Positions 56,914-64,000 of a stretch of 64,000 nt of DNA are shown here, one piece after another. The notes below the pieces were generated by a model. That model was not told where the DNA came from. It saw nothing but the letters and a program-made list of their open reading frames with translations, and searched no databases. The translations under genes were made by a program, and so were the position numbers. How positions within the stretch are numbered: the first letter of the stretch is position 1; every line of letters starts with the position of its first letter. The DNA is from a virus (taxonomy: Duplodnaviria > Caudoviricetes): positions 64,001 to 128,000 of the IMG/VR virus record IMGVR_UViG_3300010167_001484. One strand, written 5' to 3'.

Positions 56914-57523
56914 TAAATTAGATAGTTTTCGTCAATTAGGTAAAGAAATTGCTCGTAGTAAACGAGCTGCAGTAAGAATTGAAGGAACAGTAGAAGAAGT
57001 AGAATCAATGATTACAACTGTTTATGAAATCAAAGATACAGTTGATAAATTAGATGATCAAATGACGGTGTTATTACCTTCTATTGTATCTAAACTTAGA
57101 TTTCTTACAGAGAATGATCGTATTACATTGACACAATTTCCTTATGATTGTTTTCCTGAATTTGTTTGGATTCAGGATAGAGATTACGATAGAGGGGAAG
57201 TAATACGATTTAATAATTACAAATATCTTCTTCTAGATGGTGGTCGTATTGATGAAGGTCAAACTCCTGCAACAAGTAATAGATGTCTATTACATCGAGA
57301 TATTGCTAGTTATGATATAGATGGTACTATCCGTAAATGGGTTCGTGAGGAATTCTGTCTGCAAGATTTTTGGCGGTGGTGGGATGCTGACTCAAATAAA
57401 CCTCAGCAACATGGCTGGTATAGAGTTAAAGTGCGTCTTGTAAATGATGCAACAGATCCTCCGAATGCTACAGACCGTTGGGAATTTATGGGAAGCGAAA
57501 TTGATCCACCTGACCATGAGTAA
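56906..57523 (+). CDS. tail-fibre-associated protein with Trp-rich carbohydrate-binding-like repeat
   Basis: W...RDY.RGEVIRFN..KY pattern. Confidence 0.5.
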   Translation: MSDKLDSFRQLGKEIARSKRAAVRIEGTVEEVESMITTVYEIKDTVDKLDDQMTVLLPSIVSKLRFLTENDRITLTQFPYDCFPEFVWIQDRDYDRGEVIRFNNYKYLLLDGGRIDEGQTPATSNRCLLHRDIASYDIDGTIRKWVREEFCLQDFWRWWDADSNKPQQHGWYRVKVRLVNDATDPPNATDRWEFMGSEIDPPDHE

Positions 57524-58154
57524 AGAATTAGAGATAAAAAATCAACAGGATGAAATACTGCACCCAGTGATAAATATGGAAAAAGTATTCAATGCTATAT
57601 ATCCTATAGGTGCAGTATACATCTCTGTATCAAATATTGGTCCTGATATATTATTTGGTGGAACTTGGGAATCTATAGGTCAAGGTCGTACTTTAGTTGG
57701 TATTGATTCATCTGATACTGATTTCGATGTAGTAGAAAAAATCGGTGGTCATAAGAAATTACAAGAACACAATCATGGTAATACAGGATCTACAACTCCA
57801 GGAGCTACAGGATCTACAACTCCTGGAGTTACTGGAAATAATAGTGCAGCTCATACGCATACTACTTATATGCTTTCTCATCCGTATGCCTCTCCAGGAA
57901 CACATTTAAGGACATTTGCTATAACTGATTGGAGAGATGGTCAATTAGCTCCAGCAGGGACAACTCGTGTAGGTCATAATGTTAGTAATAGAGATGGTAC
58001 ATCTGGAAATAATAGTGCTAACCATACCCATACATCTGCAGCCCATACCCATACATCTGCAGCTCACATACACAGTATATCAAATGCAGGAACTGGAAAT
58101 TCTGAAAATTTACAGCCATATATTACAGTTTTCATGTGGAAGCGAGTAGCATAG
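57516..58154 (+). CDS. His-needle receptor-binding module 9
   Basis: same framework; ATG at 57516. Confidence 0.8.
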   Translation: MSKELEIKNQQDEILHPVINMEKVFNAIYPIGAVYISVSNIGPDILFGGTWESIGQGRTLVGIDSSDTDFDVVEKIGGHKKLQEHNHGNTGSTTPGATGSTTPGVTGNNSAAHTHTTYMLSHPYASPGTHLRTFAITDWRDGQLAPAGTTRVGHNVSNRDGTSGNNSANHTHTSAAHTHTSAAHIHSISNAGTGNSENLQPYITVFMWKRVA

Positions 58155-58155
58155 A

Positions 58156-58776
58156 ATGGAAGATTCAGTACTAGAATTTAAAACAAATGATGATAGGATA
58201 CTATATCCTGTTATTAATATGAATAAACTATTTGACGCTATGTATCCTATAGATAGTATTTATATATCAATGAACAATACGAATCCCTCAGAATTATTTG
58301 GAGGAATTTGGGAGTCGATATGTAAAGGTAGAACATTGATAGGTGTAGATGAAGAAGATTCTGATTTTGACGTAGTAGAATTAAAGGGTGGTAGTAAGAA
58401 TCATCTTCACAACTTGAATAATCATACTCATACGAGTACAGCACATACTCATAATATAAGTTCTCATACACATAATTTAAGTACCACAGGTGGAGCTCGT
58501 ATTCGAGCAGATTCTGGGACAGTATATAGTGGGGATTGGTCAGATGTGAATGTACAATCTAATATAACTAGACGTATAGCTGTTACAGGGGTGACTGATA
58601 GTGCAGCGATTCGTCAAGGAACAGGTCTTATGGGTAGAACTGATGGAATAACAACAATAACTAATACAGGTGCTACAACTTCTGGAGCTACAGGTGCACC
58701 TTCAAACAATAATACTAATTTAGAATCAAATCTTACTCCTTTTATTACTTGTTATATGTGGAGACGAGTAGCATAG
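58156..58776 (+). CDS. His-needle receptor-binding module 10
   Basis: same framework. Confidence 0.8.
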   Translation: MEDSVLEFKTNDDRILYPVINMNKLFDAMYPIDSIYISMNNTNPSELFGGIWESICKGRTLIGVDEEDSDFDVVELKGGSKNHLHNLNNHTHTSTAHTHNISSHTHNLSTTGGARIRADSGTVYSGDWSDVNVQSNITRRIAVTGVTDSAAIRQGTGLMGRTDGITTITNTGATTSGATGAPSNNNTNLESNLTPFITCYMWRRVA

Positions 58777-58848
58777 AATAGATATTATTTATTATAAGAT
58801 CAGAATTTACTAACCTTATATAATTTTGTAGAAATGTGGTGATAACTA

Positions 58849-59151
58849 TTGATTTATAAAAATACTGGACCTTCTGTAAAAACTTTTTATGGAGTTACTT
58901 TTGCATCAGGAGAAATAAAAGAAGTAAGCGGTATAATAGATCATCATAAATTTATACAAGTAGATTCGTTACCTAAGGAACCTCCTGTTGTTAACGATAT
59001 TCCAATAGATCCAGCTAAGGTTATTAGAAATAGGGGAAGACCTCCCAAGATAATCCCAGAACAAGAGGTTGTGCTTGATACGCCAGATATAGATTCTGGT
59101 AAAGTCAACGAAGATATCTCAAATGAAAATAATGAACAGGAGGAAATATAA
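58849..59151 (+). CDS. hypothetical protein upstream of the sheath gene
   Basis: YKN.....KTFYGVTF..GEIKEV; RGRPPK AT-hook-like motif. Confidence 0.6.
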   Translation: MIYKNTGPSVKTFYGVTFASGEIKEVSGIIDHHKFIQVDSLPKEPPVVNDIPIDPAKVIRNRGRPPKIIPEQEVVLDTPDIDSGKVNEDISNENNEQEEI

Positions 59152-59153
59152 AG

Positions 59154-61364
59154 GTGGCCCAGATTGTTATAAATGAAATAAGCGCGAATTATAGTTACAA
59201 CATCGGGACAAATTCTTATTGTTGTGTAGCATTGCCAATAACTGCGTGTTGGGGTCCTGCATTTGAAGATGTGAGTAATGAGAATGTTTTGTCCAAAGCA
59301 GAGTGGGAAGAGAGATTTTCAGATCTATATGGTAATAAGATTGAATGGATGCAAGAGAACACAGCTTGGACGAGATTTCCCGCAACTCAAGTAGGTCTTG
59401 AAGCATTTTTATCAGCTTATAGGGGGCCTGCTGCTGGTCATCGTATAGCTAAAGATTTTTCTTATCAGATGGCAATGACATTGCTGGTATCTGGTTATGA
59501 TGTATGGTGTTGCAGACTCAGCCCTGGAGATCGTGCTAGAGGTGTATTTATCACATCTGATGGTGATGATAAGTATACAAATTGTTTGAAAGTTAAAGCT
59601 AAATATCCGGGAACATTTGGTAATAATCTTCGTATTGAGATTAAACCTACATTCCGTAATAGACGGATTGTTTGGACTTATACAGTTCATGTAGTAGATG
59701 TTTCAGGAGTTCAAACAGCTGTTGAACACAGTCCATTCTTGTTTAATGTAACAGATGATCATATTGCCGCATTTGGTGATACAATACCACATATAAAAGA
59801 AATAAACTCTAGATTTATTGACTTCCAAATGATTGGTAAGATTCCAAACGGTATTGATGAATTTGAATTAGTTAAACAAGGTCAAAGAGCTACACAACCT
59901 ATCGATCTAAGATTTGATGATAGTCATACAGAAGTACCTCGTAACGAATTTATTAATCAAAGACGAGCTTTCATGACATTTGCTCAATTATCGGGTGGTA
60001 CTGATAGACGTGCTCTTGAAGATCATGAAGGTAATCCCATTCAAGATGGTGATGGAGATGTTGTAGTTCCTGAAGATACAAATCATCCTGAAGCAAAGTA
60101 TGCTAATGCTCTTATACATCTTGCGATGAAACATGCGATGTCAAGATACAGGTCTTTATCAAGTATATATGATGATTTTAATGGTCTCGGTTGGGAGAAA
60201 GCAATTAATGCTCCTTACTCAGCTTCTAATGATCTACTTCCAGAAACTAAAGGTATAGTAGATTCTATTGAATACATAGGTATAATTTCAGAGAAATTGA
60301 ATGCACCTTCTGAAATTGTGACAGAACAAGATGAAGCAGAGATTATAGAATACAAAGAATGGTTATATACAAATGCGATGTATGTATATGATTTACTCCG
60401 TGATCGTTTAGCATACAATCCAAAGAGAATCATCAGCCCTGGTTGGGATGACCAAGATTTTAATGAACTTGATGGTGAAGGCCCAAGGCGTGTTATTCTC
60501 ATATCTCCGATGCATAAGATGCTAATGGATGCAGCCTATTGGAGTCGTTGCGGTACTGCATTTATTGACATACCTAGATCGGCTGCAAGAAATGCAGTTT
60601 ATAGAGATGATGCCGATAAGCCTGGTGACCAAGGATATGCTCAGATGCTTGCAAGGCTTCCAGCAGGTACAGATGGGTTTGATCAAAATGTAGTAATGTA
60701 TCATACGAACTCGGCACTATTTGCACCTTGGGGCCAATACCAATATGTAGGAACAAACAAACAGAATCCTGCTTCGCCTTCATTCCAAGCATTGATGATC
60801 CAAAGATCTATGATACTAAATCAGCCAATCCAGTATGAATGGTTATTACCGTCAAATAGACGTCATGGTTTAAGACTTGGTACGCTAGATTACAAAGTTC
60901 CGAAGAAACTGTTAGATATATGGCAAAGTCTAGAAGGTGTAGGCGTAAACATCATAACTCAGATACCTGATATGGGTGTAGGATTATGGGGCAACTCTAC
61001 GCTATTTGAAGTACCTCCAGTAACATACAATGCTCTATCGAACTTAAGCACAAGATTTTTGATGAACGCCGTCAAAGATATAGCTTACAGATGTGGTTTA
61101 ACAATAACCTTCAGCTACAACAATCTGCAAGCTTATAACAAATTCTACGCTGGAGTAACCCCAATATTAGATACGATGAAGAATGTAGGTGCGATAGAAG
61201 ATTACTACGTCAGAATGCAAGCAGATATAACCGCCCTAGATTCCGTAAATGCCAATACTGTTGTGGGTAAGATCTATCTTGTGATCAATGGTGTCGTGAA
61301 CGATATTATAATTGATTTGGTAGCTCTTCCACCTGGAGTAGATCTTAATCAGTATAGAGCATAA
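59154..61364 (+). CDS. contractile tail sheath protein
   Basis: I.INE N-terminus, AKYPGTFGN, LSGGTD, GVNII..P..G..LWGNSTL, STRFL C-terminal sheath domain. Confidence 0.9.
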   Translation: MAQIVINEISANYSYNIGTNSYCCVALPITACWGPAFEDVSNENVLSKAEWEERFSDLYGNKIEWMQENTAWTRFPATQVGLEAFLSAYRGPAAGHRIAKDFSYQMAMTLLVSGYDVWCCRLSPGDRARGVFITSDGDDKYTNCLKVKAKYPGTFGNNLRIEIKPTFRNRRIVWTYTVHVVDVSGVQTAVEHSPFLFNVTDDHIAAFGDTIPHIKEINSRFIDFQMIGKIPNGIDEFELVKQGQRATQPIDLRFDDSHTEVPRNEFINQRRAFMTFAQLSGGTDRRALEDHEGNPIQDGDGDVVVPEDTNHPEAKYANALIHLAMKHAMSRYRSLSSIYDDFNGLGWEKAINAPYSASNDLLPETKGIVDSIEYIGIISEKLNAPSEIVTEQDEAEIIEYKEWLYTNAMYVYDLLRDRLAYNPKRIISPGWDDQDFNELDGEGPRRVILISPMHKMLMDAAYWSRCGTAFIDIPRSAARNAVYRDDADKPGDQGYAQMLARLPAGTDGFDQNVVMYHTNSALFAPWGQYQYVGTNKQNPASPSFQALMIQRSMILNQPIQYEWLLPSNRRHGLRLGTLDYKVPKKLLDIWQSLEGVGVNIITQIPDMGVGLWGNSTLFEVPPVTYNALSNLSTRFLMNAVKDIAYRCGLTITFSYNNLQAYNKFYAGVTPILDTMKNVGAIEDYYVRMQADITALDSVNANTVVGKIYLVINGVVNDIIIDLVALPPGVDLNQYRA

Positions 61365-61391
61365 TTATTTAATAGTATTTCGTTATAGTAT

Positions 61392-61453
61392 TTGGGGAAG
61401 GAAAACCCTGGCCAGGGCGGATGTTGCTCACATCAACAACCTTACTTCCTCAA
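61392..61453 (+). ncRNA. candidate three-way-junction structured leader
   Basis: P1 TTGGGGAAG/CTTCCTCAA enclosing hairpins CCCT-GGCC-AGGG and GATGT-TGCTC-ACATC. Confidence 0.5.
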
Positions 61454-61479
61454 TTATTAATCTCATGTGAGGAGAGAAT

Positions 61480-62506
61480 ATGATGAATTCAGTTAAGACG
61501 TGTAAACTCTGTGGAGATACTTTCAGAACTAAACATCCTGATACAATAACTGTATGTGGTAAAAAACATACAGTTATTTGTGTTATATGTGGTACAGAAT
61601 TCATAGCATCTGAATATAGTGATACCAAAACATGTTCTAGAAGTTGTAGAGGTAAGTATGTAGTTAAGTCAGGTATACAAAATAATATCAATAAAGCTAG
61701 AATGCAAGATCCTTCTAAATTTGATAATTTTGTTGAATTTAAATCAGATCCTGCTAAATATATTTTAGATAATTTTGGGACAAGTCGTCCAAATACATAT
61801 ACATTATCTAAGAATATAGGAATAGATATTGCAATTGTGTGTAATTATGTTAATAAGGTTAATGCTCAAAAATCTTGTCACATATTATAGTAGTTATATG
61901 GAGCAGGATGTTGTAGATTTTATACAAGAACTTATCCCAGATAAACAAATAATACGTAATGATAGATCTATAATATCTCCTTTAGAATTAGATATATGGT
62001 TACCAGATTATAACATAGGTATCGAGGTTAATCCTACATCAACGCATAATTCATCTGGTTTATTATATCCAGGACTTCGTAAAGATTATCATGTTGAAAA
62101 GTCGTTATTAGTTAAAGATAATAATATTCAACTATTGCATATATTTGGACATCATTGGACTAATAAACGTGACATTGTTAAATCTATGATAAGGAATTTA
62201 TTTAAACTTAATATCAATAAATACTATGCTAGATCCCTTGAAGTGAGAACTGTAACAAGTGATGATTCTTTAAATTTTTTAAAAAATAATCATATACAGG
62301 GAGCTACTACAGGTAGTGTGAGATTAGGTTTATATACAGATTCTGATATATTAATATCTTTGATGGTATTTTCTCATCCTAGAGGTACAATAGGACATAG
62401 GATAGGTAAAGCTAAAGGATCTATAGATACTTGTAGAGATATGATAACTTATGCTATAAAAACTAATAGTAATTATTTGGGTTATAGATATCGTAGACCT
62501 ATTTAG
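61480..62506 (+). pseudogene. frameshifted, C-terminally truncated homing endonuclease (Zn-finger repeats + PD-(D/E)XK/Hef-like domain)
   Basis: CxxC..TCS..C repeats; ELDIWLP..NIGIEVN; one extra A in the A5 run at 61868-72 splits the ORF. Confidence 0.7.
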
Positions 62507-62660
62507 ATTCTTCACAATCACATAACCTTATATAATATTGAAGTAAAATTTTTTAATACTTCAAATCATATACTTAGTACAACTTATATAAAAGTTTACT
62601 AGAAGAGGGCTTCGGCATCTTTTTCAGTGGTAATGATAGTAACTGAAAGGAGATTTTATT

Positions 62661-63206
62661 ATGTTTTCCCCACTTTATATGGGAACGAATCAAATGCTAG
62701 GTATTGATAATTACGTACCCCTTACAACAAACAATTTCGAAGTCCGTATATATAATATGGACGGCTCCGCACCTACAGAGTTTTCAGATCTGCTGACTCT
62801 GAGTACAGACGAAGTTGGTGCAATCCAAGAGGAACAAGATTCAATTGTAGTACATTATGGTAACGGTCTTATCAAATTCCCGAGTAAGGTAACATTTAGT
62901 GACGTTGATTGGACGCTGAATTGTTTTTGCGAGCCGAATGTGCTGGAAGCTCTTAGAGCTTGGCGCAAACAAGTGTATGATCCTGACACAGAACGTATGG
63001 GCCTTCCAAGTGAATATATGAAGAATGTATTCTTTATACGTTACGATGGACAAGGAGGCGTGCGGGACGTTATTCGCTGCCCAGGTACATGGATAGGCGC
63101 GTTATCTAATGGCAGTCATTCACAAACTGGTGGAGAGATTGTAAAAATTCAAGTTCCATTTATTATCTCTCGTGCCTTGTATCTCAAGAGGTCAGATTTG
63201 CAGTAA
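62661..63206 (+). CDS. tail tube protein (T4 gp19-like)
   Basis: NNFEVRI, YGNG..KFP.K..F.D, W...VYDP.T..MG.P..Y.K; downstream of the sheath gene. Confidence 0.88.
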   Translation: MFSPLYMGTNQMLGIDNYVPLTTNNFEVRIYNMDGSAPTEFSDLLTLSTDEVGAIQEEQDSIVVHYGNGLIKFPSKVTFSDVDWTLNCFCEPNVLEALRAWRKQVYDPDTERMGLPSEYMKNVFFIRYDGQGGVRDVIRCPGTWIGALSNGSHSQTGGEIVKIQVPFIISRALYLKRSDLQ

Positions 63207-63237
63207 AAATTTTTTAAATTGATTTCGTTATTGAATA

Positions 63238-63296
63238 TGTGGTAACGTCCGACGGGACTTCTGGGGAGGTGCTTATCCACTTCCCTGGATACCACA
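63238..63296 (+). ncRNA. candidate three-way-junction structured leader
   Basis: P1 TGTGGTA/TACCACA enclosing GTCC-GACG-GGAC and CTGGGGAGGTG/CACTTCCCTGG. Confidence 0.5.
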
Positions 63297-63333
63297 AATT
63301 AAAAATATCTTTGATAAGAAAGGTTGTTTTGTT

Positions 63334-64000
63334 GTGTATACGTGTTATTTAATTACAAATAATTTAAATAGTAGAAAATATGTAGGTATAACAGATGATA
63401 CAATTGAAAGCAGGTGGTCAGATCATATCTATAATGCAAATTATCTGAAAGATCATGATAGAAATCTACCAGGATATAATGAAATGTATCAAGATATGAT
63501 AGATCAAAATTTCGAATCTTTTGAGATATCAATTATAGAGGGCGATATACCTGCAGAATTAGCTGAATCTAGGGAGCAATATTATATCAATCTGTATGGA
63601 AGTATTGACATTGGTGGATATAATATTAGGTATGGTGGTTCCAAAGGTAATCATCATGAAACTACAAAAGAAAAAATGAGAAATGCTCAACTAGGTAAGA
63701 AACATTCACAAGATACAATTAATAAGATGAGAGCTATTAAATCTGGAGATAATAATCCTAATTATGGTACAAAGTGGACTAAAGATCGTGAAGCTAAATT
63801 TGTTGCTACTGTTGCTGAACGAGGTCATTGGACTACAAGACAAGATGTATTAGCAGAATCTAATATTAAGAGAAGTGAAACACTTAAGAAGCGATACGAA
63901 ACTGAGGACCATAAAAATAGGAAATCTGTTAATCAAGTTGATATAGGAACATTAGAGGTTATACATAAATTTAAATCAGCCCAAGAGGCTGCAGAATATA
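63334..64000 (+). CDS. GIY-YIG homing endonuclease with NUMOD3 repeats (runs off the window; not in the ORF track)
   Basis: GTG at 63334: MYTCYLITNNLNSRKYVGIT...RWSDH...REQYYI...GYN...GG; HHETTKEKMRNAQLGKKHS. Confidence 0.85.
   Translation, partial: MYTCYLITNNLNSRKYVGITDDTIESRWSDHIYNANYLKDHDRNLPGYNEMYQDMIDQNFESFEISIIEGDIPAELAESREQYYINLYGSIDIGGYNIRYGGSKGNHHETTKEKMRNAQLGKKHSQDTINKMRAIKSGDNNPNYGTKWTKDREAKFVATVAERGHWTTRQDVLAESNIKRSETLKKRYETEDHKNRKSVNQVDIGTLEVIHKFKSAQEAAEY

Noticed and set aside
47871-58776. Diversity-generating retroelement or invertase shufflon
   Set aside because: No reverse transcriptase, no template/variable repeat pair with adenine-specific differences noticed, no inverted cassettes or invertase; all paralogues are intact and co-oriented
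1270-63053. Minus-strand and nested alternate-frame ORFs in the ORF track
   Set aside because: They overlap well-supported + strand genes and lack recognisable motifs; treated as shadow ORFs
61392-63296. Hammerhead/HDV-like ribozymes or group I introns around the endonucleases
   Set aside because: No CUGANGA/GAAA core or recognisable intron core; sheath and tube ORFs are uninterrupted, so the nucleases appear free-standing
1-64000. tRNA genes, major capsid protein, integrase, alternative genetic code
   Set aside because: No cloverleaf or such genes recognised; long ORFs are intact under the standard code and all three stop codons terminate genes

Overview
A 64-kb, AT-rich segment of a large contractile-tailed (myovirus-type) phage, probably infecting a Firmicute (inferred from strong GGAGG-type RBSs and a canonical sigmaA promoter). 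Essentially all genes lie on the + strand. Bases 1-30.2 kb are a replication, recombination and nucleotide-metabolism module: helicase with a degenerate loader, primase, intein-containing class II RNR, SSB, intein-containing family A polymerase, beta-clamp with gamma/delta/delta' clamp loader, Cas4-like nuclease, RecA and a resolvase. This module also has two sigma-like genes and a YhhQ transporter plus DpdA-like transglycosylase pair that suggests 7-deazaguanine DNA modification. Bases 30.4-64 kb are a late/virion module: terminase, a catalytically dead LigA homologue, portal, neck, tail fibre/needle modules, sheath, tube and homing endonucleases. Main observations: (1) a 32-39 kb cassette array of about 13 mostly unrelated small proteins that start with the same MKRLIR(A/S)- or MKK(L/V)VKS-type leader; several are preceded by a copied 77-bp DNA block, making this a candidate capsid-targeted injected-effector array with recombinational turnover; (2) ten stand-alone, paralogous His-needle receptor-binding modules with constant ends and variable tips; (3) a ~100-bp element with three palindromic boxes, duplicated 27 kb apart; (4) two phage-specific promoter classes and structured leaders in front of homing endonucleases. 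All family assignments come from motif recognition by eye, not from database searches.
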